Source of the DNA: a virus
Lineage: Duplodnaviria; Caudoviricetes
DNA: 64,000 nucleotides
Direction: 5' to 3' (one strand)
Virus record (IMG/VR): IMGVR_UViG_3300021197_001468
Coordinates: 676-64,675 of that record
How positions within the stretch are numbered: position 1 is the stretch's first letter; every line of letters starts with the position of its first letter. Below the pieces are notes generated by a model, which had not been told where the DNA came from, did no database searches, and worked only from the letters and a program-made list of their open reading frames with translations. Shown here in pieces: positions 46,908 through 56,233 of this stretch. The translations under genes and the position numbers were made by a program.

Positions 46908-48440
46908 ATGCGCCCGTTCATCAAGAAGATCACCAGCAACGTCAAGAGCCCCAGCGGCGACACCTCAGAGGTCACGCTCGGGAAGCACACGCTCCTCCTG
47001 GGGGCCAACCGCACCGGCAAGACGTCAATCATCCAGGGCCTGGAGCTCGCCGCCACTGGAGTCGTGGATGACGTCATGGGCCGCGACGAGGTCAAGCGCG
47101 ACAAGACCCTGATGTGCCTCGCTCCCACGGGTAGCGCGCTGCAGGCTACCGCGGACTTCACCAACGGTGCGACCAGCTCGTACTACAAGGACCCGGACGC
47201 GTCCGCGCAGGCCAGCCGAGGGCAGCCCTGCGTCGCGGTGCACCGACTCAGCCGCAAGGTGATGAGCGGCTCCGCCACCAAGCTGGAGGAGGCAATCCTG
47301 GAGTGGGTCGACCTGCGCGGACTCCAGGTGGCCGCGGTCACGGACCTGCTGCCGAGCGATGTCCACGCGAAGTACCTGGACATCGGGGACCGCATGCGCC
47401 CCAAGGCGGACCGCGGAGAGGGTCAGGTCTTGACCATGATCGCCGAGTACGCCGCCAAGCAGCAGCGGAAGTTCTCGGGAGAGCTCAAGGCACTGCAGAC
47501 CGTGCAGTCAGCATTCGCCGACGAGGTCACAGAGATCAACGACGACGAGGACATCGCGGGGAAGATCATCAACGTCGTGAACCAGAACACGGCTCCGCTG
47601 ACTCACCTGAAGAAGGCCGCCTCCTGGGCGGTTGACAGCGGCGTGGACCAGTGCCCCACCTGCGGTTCGCAGGTTGGAGCGAGCCACCTGAAGGTGGCAT
47701 CGGACCATCTCAGCAACCAGACCACCCTTGATACCGACCGCAAAGCAGTCGTCGAGGGAGTCTCCCGTCTGATGCGTGATCGTATCATGTGGGCGCAAAA
47801 CGTCAAGTACAAGCGGATGTTTGACGAGAAGCAGACGCAGCATGACAGCTACAAGAAGCTCAAGACTTCCTGCCTGGCTGCTATCAGTATGCTGGTCAAG
47901 ACTCACATGGACCAGTTCCTCCGAGAGGTCAACCGGTTCCTCCCCGACAGCTGGTGTGTCTGCTACAGCCGAGAGCACGACGCCCTGGGTCTGTCGTTCG
48001 ACGCAGGCCCATTGGTGACGGCTCTCTCCGGCGCGGAGTGGGCGACCTTGGTCACCGCCGTGTCGTGCACGGCTGCGAGCGTGGTCGACGAGGACCACGC
48101 GGTCCTCCTGGTGGTGGAAGACCGGGCATGGGACAGCGCCACGCTGGCTTCGGTCATGCGAGGGTTCTCGAAGTTCGACGGTCAGGTGATCATGCAGTCG
48201 ACCACGAAGCCGAAGGGGCGCACTCCGAAGGGCTGGGAGATCGTCGCTACGGGGGTCACGTCTACCGAACGTCCAGCCAAGCAGCTCAAGCCGCTTGCTC
48301 TCTCGATGCTTACTTCGCTGGGCTACTCGAGCGGAGACATCGAGGTTCTGTCGACTGAGTCGATTCAGCAGATCATGGAGCAGGGAGCTGCGCGCGCTTC
48401 GGTGAACATCCACGAGGCGGGTACTTGGGAGCTCGCGTGA
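46908..48440 (+). CDS. Rad50/SbcC-like ABC ATPase
   Basis: GANRTGKT, coiled coil with CPTCG hook, LSGAE signature, LLVVED. Confidence 0.75.
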   Translation: MRPFIKKITSNVKSPSGDTSEVTLGKHTLLLGANRTGKTSIIQGLELAATGVVDDVMGRDEVKRDKTLMCLAPTGSALQATADFTNGATSSYYKDPDASAQASRGQPCVAVHRLSRKVMSGSATKLEEAILEWVDLRGLQVAAVTDLLPSDVHAKYLDIGDRMRPKADRGEGQVLTMIAEYAAKQQRKFSGELKALQTVQSAFADEVTEINDDEDIAGKIINVVNQNTAPLTHLKKAASWAVDSGVDQCPTCGSQVGASHLKVASDHLSNQTTLDTDRKAVVEGVSRLMRDRIMWAQNVKYKRMFDEKQTQHDSYKKLKTSCLAAISMLVKTHMDQFLREVNRFLPDSWCVCYSREHDALGLSFDAGPLVTALSGAEWATLVTAVSCTAASVVDEDHAVLLVVEDRAWDSATLASVMRGFSKFDGQVIMQSTTKPKGRTPKGWEIVATGVTSTERPAKQLKPLALSMLTSLGYSSGDIEVLSTESIQQIMEQGAARASVNIHEAGTWELA

Positions 48441-48673
48441 ACTGCCCCAAATGCGGATGCCGGACACGCGTGCGGGAGACGCGCCATCCGGATCACGCAT
48501 CGAGCCTGACCAGCTCCTCCATCGCGGGGAAGGCTGAAGAGGCGGCAGGCTGGTACACTGCGGACTGGGTGGCGAGGTCACGCCACTGTACCAACAAGGT
48601 ATGCGGTCAGCGCACTACGACGGTCGAATTGACGCTCGAAGATCTCGAGCGGGGATGGCAGCGGCGGGAGTGA
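48437..48673 (+). CDS. Ogr/Delta- or NrdR-like zinc-finger regulator
   Basis: CPKCG.RTRV.ETR..R.RHC..CG.R.TT.E. Confidence 0.7.
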   Translation: MNCPKCGCRTRVRETRHPDHASSLTSSSIAGKAEEAAGWYTADWVARSRHCTNKVCGQRTTTVELTLEDLERGWQRRE

Positions 48674-48754
48674 AGTGCCTGTGCCTTAGTGCGCCGCTGT
48701 CCCCCGATGGCGGCGCACAGTGCTACAAACGAGAAGCCACACACAGAGAGACAC

Positions 48755-50827
48755 ATGGAAGCGGAAAGCACATCAGAAAAAACACTGGAAGAGCGCGCTC
48801 AGTCGGTACTTTCGGACTTGACCGCAAGGCTGTCACAGGCTACACTGAAGGCAGAAAGAGATGCTGCGTGGGGGTCCGTCCAGGACGCTGACACCGTGGC
48901 AATGCTCGCGTCTGCGTGGGCGGAGAACGAGGGGGCGTTGATCCCCCAGCTCAACGTCATTGAGCTCATGCAGGGTAGCGCGATGCGCGCCCGGAACTTG
49001 AAGCGCGCACTGAAACGCATCGCTCGTGAGCAGCGGAGTAGTGAGGCAGCCGACCAGATCCTCAGCAGCCTGGGCACGGTCGCGTCTGTCCTGAGTCAGC
49101 TGCCCCCGCGGCGGCTCATCAACCCCGTGATTCTGGCGTCGTGCAACGTGCCCCGCGGGTGGGCGCTGGACAACAGCGGCGTCTGGCGGCTGAGCGGGGA
49201 TGGGGAAGACCCTGTGCGAGTGACGCACTACCCCATCATGCTGACCGGCCGAACGACAGACGTGTTGTCGGGCGAGGCCAAACGCCAGGTCCTGTGGGAC
49301 AGTCCTTCGGGGTGGTGCCAGCGTACGGTGGACCGTCAGACCCTGATCGAGGCGCGCCGCATCACGAACCTGGGGAAGCACGATGCCCCGGTGTCCTCGA
49401 ACAACGCCGGGATGGTGGTCGACTTTCTCATGGCCTTCGAGGCTGAGAACGCGGGTAACCTGCCGCTCGTTCAGTCAACCGAGAAGCTCGGGTGGCTACC
49501 GGGTGGAGACTTTATCCTGCCCGAGAAGCGCGTCGCTCCCCCCGGCGCTCCTGAGTTTCAGTTCGCGCTGATGCCTCCCGCGGGGATGGAGCACACGGCG
49601 AAGGGCTGCTCTGTCGCCGGTACCTGGGAAGGCTGGCTCGAAGCAGCGGACTTGGCCAAGGACTGGCCCCTGGTCATGGGCGTCATGTACGCCTCGGCTG
49701 TGTCGCCTCTCCTCCACATCCTCCGCTCGAACAACTTCGTGGTGGACGTCAACGGAGAGACCACCGGCGGGAAGACGACGAGCTTGCGGTTGGCTGCCTC
49801 GGTGTGGGGCATGTCCAACGACGGGCATCCCAGCATGATGCACTCGTGGGACATGACGAAGGTCTGGTGTGAGCAGACCGCATCATTCCTGAACAACCTC
49901 CCGATCATTCTGGACGACACCAAGCGGGCCAAGAGCTGGCGTACGGTGCGCGACGTGGTCTACGACTTCGCCTTTGGGGCGGGCCGTGGCCGTGGCGCGA
50001 AGGACGGGGGAACGCGCAGTACTCTGGAGTGGCGGTCGGTCCTCATCTCCAGCGGCGAGAGCTCGATCACGTCGTTCAGCCAGGACGGGGGAACCCGCGC
50101 TCGGGTTCTCGAACTTCGGGGTCAGCCCATGGGCAGCAACCCCAAGGTCGGGTCGCAGATTGCGGAGCGCATCTCTGAGATCTGCTCCGAGAACTACGGT
50201 CACTTGGGTAGGAAGATCGTAGACTACTTGGTCGCTAACGAAGCGCACCACGACCAGCTCCGCGAGCAGTTCAAGCAGTCCCGCGAGCGTTTCAAGCAGG
50301 CGCTCGACACGCCAGTGGCGCGACGTCACGCGGCCAATCTGGCAGCGCTTGAGCTGGCCGCCGAGATCGTCCACACCCTGGGCGTCCCGCGCCCGGTGGA
50401 CTCTCCCTTCGCCTTCTTCGTCGAGGCGGCGCGGGAGGCCGGAAAGGACGCTGACCGGCCGCTGGCGGCGCTCCAGGAGGTGGTGAACTGGGCAGCCGCC
50501 CATCAGAACCACTTCGTGGGACGGGCAGAGATGAGCTCACACGGAGGGCATCACCAGCCCGCTGCAGGCTGGGCGGGTCTCTGGTCTCGAGAGAACTGGG
50601 AATACCTGGGAATCAATGGGCGCGTTCTTCGCCGTGTCCTCAAGGACGAAGGGTTCCACCCAGCAGAGGTCATCGACCGCTGGCGCGAGCGTGGCTGGCT
50701 CTTGTGCGGCACGCAGGCGACTCGTCCTCTCCGGCTCCCGGGGGGAGCGCAGATGCGGTGCTACTGCCTGACGGTGTCCGCGGTTGCCGCTGCCATGGCG
50801 GAAACGGAGTCGGACCTCAAGCTCTGA
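48755..50827 (+). CDS. DUF927 / Cch-like replicative helicase
   Basis: KLGW, GETTGGKTT, IILDD, G.GRGR, WRSVLISSGE, NYGHLG. Confidence 0.8.
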   Translation: MEAESTSEKTLEERAQSVLSDLTARLSQATLKAERDAAWGSVQDADTVAMLASAWAENEGALIPQLNVIELMQGSAMRARNLKRALKRIAREQRSSEAADQILSSLGTVASVLSQLPPRRLINPVILASCNVPRGWALDNSGVWRLSGDGEDPVRVTHYPIMLTGRTTDVLSGEAKRQVLWDSPSGWCQRTVDRQTLIEARRITNLGKHDAPVSSNNAGMVVDFLMAFEAENAGNLPLVQSTEKLGWLPGGDFILPEKRVAPPGAPEFQFALMPPAGMEHTAKGCSVAGTWEGWLEAADLAKDWPLVMGVMYASAVSPLLHILRSNNFVVDVNGETTGGKTTSLRLAASVWGMSNDGHPSMMHSWDMTKVWCEQTASFLNNLPIILDDTKRAKSWRTVRDVVYDFAFGAGRGRGAKDGGTRSTLEWRSVLISSGESSITSFSQDGGTRARVLELRGQPMGSNPKVGSQIAERISEICSENYGHLGRKIVDYLVANEAHHDQLREQFKQSRERFKQALDTPVARRHAANLAALELAAEIVHTLGVPRPVDSPFAFFVEAAREAGKDADRPLAALQEVVNWAAAHQNHFVGRAEMSSHGGHHQPAAGWAGLWSRENWEYLGINGRVLRRVLKDEGFHPAEVIDRWRERGWLLCGTQATRPLRLPGGAQMRCYCLTVSAVAAAMAETESDLKL

Positions 50828-50881
50828 TTCTTGCTATCTTGATACTATGACGCTATGGTGTAGGTGTTTATGGAGAATCCC

Positions 50882-51190
50882 ATGTCAGGCACTGCTTTCG
50901 TTCGCTTCATTCGGTCTGCTCGGGAATCCCGACACTGGTCTATCGCAGAGATGGCACGCCGCGCGGGGCTCACTCAGCCCGAGCTTTCTCGTGTGGAAGG
51001 GGGCACCAGGATGCCCACGCTTCGACACGTCAAGGGGATGGCAGAGGCTTTCTCGATGTACCCGGTAGACGACCCGCTGGAGCCGGTCGATTACCACCGG
51101 TGGTGGTCGAAGCTCGGTGATCTGGCTGAGCGCGCACGCATCGACGCCCGAAGCGGAAGCAAGAAGGAAGCGGCGAACGTCGCGAAGTGA
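50882..51190 (+). CDS. XRE-family HTH regulator
   Basis: ARESRHWSIAEMARRAGLTQPELSRVEGG..P. Confidence 0.85.
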   Translation: MSGTAFVRFIRSARESRHWSIAEMARRAGLTQPELSRVEGGTRMPTLRHVKGMAEAFSMYPVDDPLEPVDYHRWWSKLGDLAERARIDARSGSKKEAANVAK

Positions 51191-51214
51191 TACGATTGCC
51201 CCGTGGAGGTCATC

Positions 51215-51619
51215 ATGGCTGCGGGCGGTATCCAGAACTCGTACTCGGCAAGCGCGGGTAACTCAATCGGGACTGCCTTTTCCGCAGTCGAGCTCAACGG
51301 CGCGAGCGCCCTGGGCGGCAAGCACATCGGGTCGCAGTGCTTTTTGGACAAGATTCTCTTCACCTGGAAGAGCATCTCGACAGCGGCCAACTTCACCTGG
51401 TACCTCGCCTATGACAGCGGCGGGGAGTACCCAATCACTGACCCACAGGAAGCTGTGGTGTTCAAGGTGGGGAAGACGGGGACGACCAAGGTCAATGCTG
51501 CGGACTTGGCGGGGTGTGCCTACCGCTACACCAACTCGGGCAGCACTATCTACCTCATCGCCAAAGTGGACGCGGGGACTGCCGCGGCTGACATCACCCT
51601 GTTGTGGCGGGCGCGATGA
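51215..51619 (+). CDS. putative virion beta-sandwich protein
   Basis: GGAGG RBS, beta-rich. Confidence 0.55.
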   Translation: MAAGGIQNSYSASAGNSIGTAFSAVELNGASALGGKHIGSQCFLDKILFTWKSISTAANFTWYLAYDSGGEYPITDPQEAVVFKVGKTGTTKVNAADLAGCAYRYTNSGSTIYLIAKVDAGTAAADITLLWRAR

Positions 51620-52374
51620 GCTCCTTTGGTCCGGCGTACCCAGGCGCTGGTGGGGGTGGCGGTGGCGGCACGCCCACCAACCTGGCAGCGTTGCCCCTTG
51701 GGGATGCGATCGACCTCACCGACGGAAGCTGGACGCTGCTTGACCCAGATTCGCTGGTCAAGAGCACGACCCACTCCAGTGGAGTCAACACCGTCACGTT
51801 CAACGCGCTCGGTGCGGGCAATCTTGATTACGTCCTGGCGACGAATCACACCGACTACCGCGCCCCCCGCTGGTACCGGGCGCTCAACATCGGAACCACG
51901 AGGGTAAACTCCTCTGCGCCGTTTATCTGGGACGCGCTTCTCGATGTCGACGAGAGCGTGTTCGCCTTCAACCAAAACATCGCGCACGGGGTTTGCGCGG
52001 CCCCCACAAGCGTCGTCCGCACAGACATCGAGGCCATGGGCTCGCTGTTTACCCAGAATGCTTCGGGAAACTGGCGATACGGCGGCTGGGCCGGAGACAT
52101 CAACGTGACGCCGGGGGCGTCGAACCAATACGCCCGGGTGTCGGTGGTCGGCCAGTACGGGGCAGGGCACATCGGGTCGCTGACGTTCATCGCGCTGAAC
52201 AGTAGCGACGAACGTGTGCAGAGCGGCTCTCGAAACGGGGGGCACACGCTCAGCGACACCGACTTGTTCGAGTTCGTGAGCGTGGGGACCTTCAACGGCA
52301 CCGCGACTATCGACAACGACGACACGGTCAAGTTCACGGCTTACTTGAGCGCAGTGAGGTTTACACTCCCATGA
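51616..52374 (+). CDS. putative receptor-binding/fibre protein 1
   Basis: poly-Gly N-terminal linker plus beta-rich domain. Confidence 0.5.
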   Translation: MSSFGPAYPGAGGGGGGGTPTNLAALPLGDAIDLTDGSWTLLDPDSLVKSTTHSSGVNTVTFNALGAGNLDYVLATNHTDYRAPRWYRALNIGTTRVNSSAPFIWDALLDVDESVFAFNQNIAHGVCAAPTSVVRTDIEAMGSLFTQNASGNWRYGGWAGDINVTPGASNQYARVSVVGQYGAGHIGSLTFIALNSSDERVQSGSRNGGHTLSDTDLFEFVSVGTFNGTATIDNDDTVKFTAYLSAVRFTLP

Positions 52375-52598
52375 GCGTCATTGCCGACACCTCCCATATT
52401 AAGTACGGGTCCGAGGGACTCGAGGAAACCAACAGCGACGGCTGGTGGATTCCGCTGTTCGTCACTCAGGCAGACGCCCAGGTGCTGCTCGCTGCGTACG
52501 ACCCCGGCAATCAGTACAGCCCATCTGCCACAGAAGCGCGAGAAATTGCTCGCGTGTTTCTCGACGCCCTCAAAGCCGCGTCCGAGCCGAGCCCATGA
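52371..52598 (+). CDS. small partner protein
   Basis: ATGA-coupled. Confidence 0.55.
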   Translation: MSVIADTSHIKYGSEGLEETNSDGWWIPLFVTQADAQVLLAAYDPGNQYSPSATEAREIARVFLDALKAASEPSP

Positions 52599-53647
52599 GC
52601 GCGTACGGCGATTCGTTCCCGGGCTCCAATGACGGCGGCGGTGGCGGCGGTGGGTCGCCTGTGACGCCCCCCTCTCCGACTTCTCAGTCCGTCGCGGCTG
52701 GTGGGTCACTGTCAGCCAAGACGTTCGGCGCGTTCACCGACTCAGGTGGGTTGATCGACAACTACGTCGCCGCCGTGACCAACGCCGCAGGGTCGGCCGC
52801 AGTCAGTGGCAGCGGGCTTGGGGCATATACGTTCGGGAGCACCGCTGACGGTGACTCTGGAACTCTGTCTCTGACCGCGCGTGACGCGAGCAACAACCCG
52901 CTGGCCACAGCGACGCACTCGTTCAAGATTGCGGCAGCGTCCGGTGGTGTGACCGCAATGGTCGATCTCTCGGGTGTAAGCTCGTATAACTTCCTTACGA
53001 CAGGGGGGTCAGGAGGATCAGGCGGTGAAGGCAATCACTCGGTCGGAGGTCTGACCATCGCGCTCGACTTCCGGAGCACGTCGGGTCCAGACAAGCTCCT
53101 GATCAACAACGGCGTCATCGAGTTCGAGGGGAGCGTCACCAAGCGGGCACTGCTGACGTTCGACCTGGGGGAAGTAGCGTCGTTCATGTTCACCACCTAC
53201 TGCTCGATCGAAAACGCCGATCGCGAGTCGGGCGGCTCTGTGATGGCTCTTTACATCGGAGAAAACGCGACGGTGAACGGCGGTGACCAGGCACAGTTCC
53301 TGCCCGGTGTTTTTGGCCTGACAAACCTTCTCATTCGCGAGAACAGAACCGGCGGAGGAAGCCCCTCGTTCGCGACGGTGCCAAGCAGTCCCGCGTCTGG
53401 ACGCACCGTCACTGACGTAACCACCACCCCGACGCGCATGTGCTGTCAGATGCTCGGCGGAGCATGGCAACCCTCGTTTGACCAAGGCACCGCAGCACTG
53501 CCGACTACCGGTGCTCCGCTGGGTAGTCTGGCCGGCATGTATTTCGGCAATAACGGCGCAAGTGCCCCTGAATCTCGTCAGTACGTGATGCTCAACCTAA
53601 TCGACGATTGTGACGTGCGCGTCGCGGTTTACAAGGGGTCATCATGA
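52595..53647 (+). CDS. putative receptor-binding/fibre protein 2
   Basis: similar N-terminal peptide and poly-Gly; Ig/lectin-like beta content. Confidence 0.5.
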   Translation: MSAYGDSFPGSNDGGGGGGGSPVTPPSPTSQSVAAGGSLSAKTFGAFTDSGGLIDNYVAAVTNAAGSAAVSGSGLGAYTFGSTADGDSGTLSLTARDASNNPLATATHSFKIAAASGGVTAMVDLSGVSSYNFLTTGGSGGSGGEGNHSVGGLTIALDFRSTSGPDKLLINNGVIEFEGSVTKRALLTFDLGEVASFMFTTYCSIENADRESGGSVMALYIGENATVNGGDQAQFLPGVFGLTNLLIRENRTGGGSPSFATVPSSPASGRTVTDVTTTPTRMCCQMLGGAWQPSFDQGTAALPTTGAPLGSLAGMYFGNNGASAPESRQYVMLNLIDDCDVRVAVYKGSS

Positions 53648-53907
53648 TCACCGTAGGCGGACCCACGCAGCAGATCGACGTATCGGACGGACGGGGGGCG
53701 CAGCCCTTCGAGGACTGCGCCGCCGACATACCACACACCGACGTGGACTACACGGCGCAAGGGCTCGTGCTGCCCGATGGTCGCGTGGCGGTTGTCATGG
53801 TACTCGATGACCGAGGCGCGGGAGTACCGGCAGACACTACCAACATGACCGGGTCGGTGCTGGCCAGCCGAATCAGAGCTGCATACAACGCGGCGAAGGG
53901 GTTGTGA
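53644..53907 (+). CDS. small partner protein
   Basis: ATGA-coupled. Confidence 0.55.
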   Translation: MITVGGPTQQIDVSDGRGAQPFEDCAADIPHTDVDYTAQGLVLPDGRVAVVMVLDDRGAGVPADTTNMTGSVLASRIRAAYNAAKGL

Positions 53908-54263
53908 TGGAAGAACACGCCGCACTACTCTCGATGCTCACAGGCCCGACTTCGAGCCTGATTCTGCTTCTGACCATCCTGTACGCCGTGTGGAAGGCAG
54001 TCACGCAGAGCATCATCCCAGCTGTCAAAGCGTGGGTAGACAAGCATCTCGCTCAGGTTGACGACCTCCTCGAGTCGCACGGCAAGGACCGTGACGCTTG
54101 GCTAAAGTCGATGGCTGACTGCAGCGACCAGAACAAGCAGCTGCAGGGCACGCTTGAGCGCGTAGAGCGCAAGGTGGGCGGCCTCTACGCCCGCCACGAG
54201 TCACTCCAGACTCGGCTCGATGTCGTGCTCTCACACACCCCCACGCCCCCCGCGAGCCCCTGA
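53907..54263 (+). CDS. holin/antiholin-like membrane protein
   Basis: transmembrane helix plus coiled coil, upstream of the lysin. Confidence 0.5.
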   Translation: MEEHAALLSMLTGPTSSLILLLTILYAVWKAVTQSIIPAVKAWVDKHLAQVDDLLESHGKDRDAWLKSMADCSDQNKQLQGTLERVERKVGGLYARHESLQTRLDVVLSHTPTPPASP

Positions 54264-54264
54264 C

Positions 54265-54867
54265 ATGGTCCTCATCCTCGACAGGCAGCACTACGGCAAG
54301 CCGAACCAGAACGACCTGGGTGCCGGAGCCGACCTCGACGGTGACGGTAAGGTGGAGCTCGACGAGCGTGAGGCCAACCTCACGCCGCTCTACATCGACG
54401 CGGCCAAGCAGCTGGCTGAGGCCGGGGGGCACACGGTCTACGTGCTCGACTCCGGCTGGTACAGCGACCGGCACAAGAAAGCTGTTGAAATCGCTCGCGA
54501 AAATCCTGATGATATGTGCGCATATATCGCCTGCCACCTAAACGCCGGTGGGGGAAACTACTCCCTGGCGCTGCACGACTACCGCAGCCACGGTGGAGAG
54601 AAGCTCGCCCTGGCGGTCGCCACAGGGATGAGCACTCGGATTCCCGAGATTGAGCGGAACCTGGTCCGCGCCGCAAGCCCCGATGATTGGTCCAACGCCT
54701 ACAACACCATCAAGGGCATCTACGCCGGACCGGGCAACCTGAGCGGCGTGTGCTTCGAGCCGGTGTTCATGGACAACATCGAGCACCAGGCGCTGCTGAC
54801 TCCAGAGGGGCTGAGGCTTCTCGGTCAGATTCTCGCCGAGAGCTGCATCGCGTGGGGGACCGGATGA
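54265..54867 (+). CDS. endolysin, N-acetylmuramoyl-L-alanine amidase (Amidase_3)
   Basis: ILDRQH..E..NL, CHLNA, EPVFMDN zinc/catalytic motifs. Confidence 0.75.
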   Translation: MVLILDRQHYGKPNQNDLGAGADLDGDGKVELDEREANLTPLYIDAAKQLAEAGGHTVYVLDSGWYSDRHKKAVEIARENPDDMCAYIACHLNAGGGNYSLALHDYRSHGGEKLALAVATGMSTRIPEIERNLVRAASPDDWSNAYNTIKGIYAGPGNLSGVCFEPVFMDNIEHQALLTPEGLRLLGQILAESCIAWGTG

Positions 54868-55067
54868 TTACCAAGATGACCGACATGCTCTTCGACCCTG
54901 TGAAGAAGATCAGCTACCGACGCCTCCTCGCATGGTCTGTCGGCACCGCCCTGTGCTTCTACGGCAAGATTGGCGACGACGCCTGGATGTGGGTGACCAT
55001 CGCGTTCATCGCGGGAGAAGCCGCCAAGGGCCTCGCTGCGCCCAAGAGCATCAGCAAGGATGACTAA
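54864..55067 (+). CDS. holin-like protein with two TM helices
   Basis: SYRRLL plus two hydrophobic helices. Confidence 0.6.
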   Translation: MITKMTDMLFDPVKKISYRRLLAWSVGTALCFYGKIGDDAWMWVTIAFIAGEAAKGLAAPKSISKDD

Positions 55068-55437
55068 GATGGACCCTGTCACCCTCACGGTAATCGCTGT
55101 CGTCGTCAGCGTCGGAGCAGGCTTCGGCGCAGGCTGGGGCCTCAAGCCCGACGGCTCCGCCAAGGCGCTCGAGGCACAGGCGCAGAGCATCGACGCCATC
55201 CTCGACGGGCAGACGGAGATTCTGACCGAGGCCAGCAAGCCCATCGTCATCGACGCCGAGATTCGCGACAAGCTGGCAGAGACTCCGCCCGCCTGCATCA
55301 AAGACCCGCTGGGTCTCTCCTGCCAGCTCCAGGCGTGCTGGCAGTACGGCCAGTCATCGGCGCAAAGACCTGAGTGCTCCAAGATTCAGGACGCCTACAT
55401 CGAGACGCAGGCATGCCCCGTCCCCGCAGGAGACTGA
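55060..55437 (+). CDS. spanin-like membrane protein
   Basis: N-terminal TM, coiled coil, Cys-rich C-terminus; end of lysis cassette. Confidence 0.45.
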   Translation: MTKMDPVTLTVIAVVVSVGAGFGAGWGLKPDGSAKALEAQAQSIDAILDGQTEILTEASKPIVIDAEIRDKLAETPPACIKDPLGLSCQLQACWQYGQSSAQRPECSKIQDAYIETQACPVPAGD

Positions 55438-55460
55438 CTCAGAGAAGGCGTGTAGCCTGG

Positions 55461-55829
55461 CTACTGAGCGATCAGCAGGACCGGCACCGAGCTCGAAGGG
55501 GACGTAGTGTCGCTGTTGGCGGCACCGGTGACGCATCCGTACGAGACTGCTGTGCTGAAGATGAAGCCGTCCGACGTGGCGTAGACCAGCTTCTTGCCGC
55601 CCTGGACGGGGAGCACGAAGACGGGGATAGTGGTCCCCACTGTCGCGTCAGCAACGTCGTACATCTTGAAGTACACCGTTGTGCTGGTGTTCGCCGTGTT
55701 GTCGATCTCGACGCTGAGCACGGTGCTCGCGGCACCTGTGACGTTGTCCTGGGCCGTCGCGTTCGCAGCTGTGTCCGACACGACGATGTTGCCGAAGTAG
55801 GAGCCGAGGACGATTGTGTTTGCGGACAT
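55461..55829 (-). CDS. small virion beta-sandwich protein (paralog A)
   Basis: YFKMYD..AT..T.P..DGFIFST. Confidence 0.65.
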   Translation of the reverse strand: MSANTIVLGSYFGNIVVSDTAANATAQDNVTGAASTVLSVEIDNTANTSTTVYFKMYDVADATVGTTIPVFVLPVQGGKKLVYATSDGFIFSTAVSYGCVTGAANSDTTSPSSSVPVLLIAQ

Positions 55830-55836
55830 GGCTGCC

Positions 55837-56205
55837 TCAGTCGGTCAGAATGACAACTTCGATGTTGGTCGCCGGGTTCGTCGAGCTCCCCGACTCATCC
55901 TGCTGCTGCGCCCCGCGCAGGGTCAGGCCCGTGGCGAACGCAAGACCATCAGGGAAGTGGACGCCCAGCGTCTGCCCCGCGGCCACCTTGAGGTTCATGG
56001 TGGGCACTGTAGCGCTCGTGGCAGACTTCGCATTGTAGAGCTTGATGTACGCCGTCGCGGCACCCCCCTGGGTGTTCTTCATCACGATGCCGTAGATCGT
56101 GGCAGCCTTTCCGATGACATCACTGTCAGCGGTCGTGCTCACCTGCGTCTGCTTGATCAGCCGCTTGGTGGCCCGACTGTCCAGGATGAATGTCGAGAGT
56201 GCCAT
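55837..56205 (-). CDS. small virion beta-sandwich protein (paralog B)
   Basis: GGAGG RBS; YIKLYN..AT...P..DGLAFAT. Confidence 0.65.
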   Translation of the reverse strand: MALSTFILDSRATKRLIKQTQVSTTADSDVIGKAATIYGIVMKNTQGGAATAYIKLYNAKSATSATVPTMNLKVAAGQTLGVHFPDGLAFATGLTLRGAQQQDESGSSTNPATNIEVVILTD

Positions 56206-56233
56206 CGACTCCTCCGATGCGTGAGTGTAGCAG

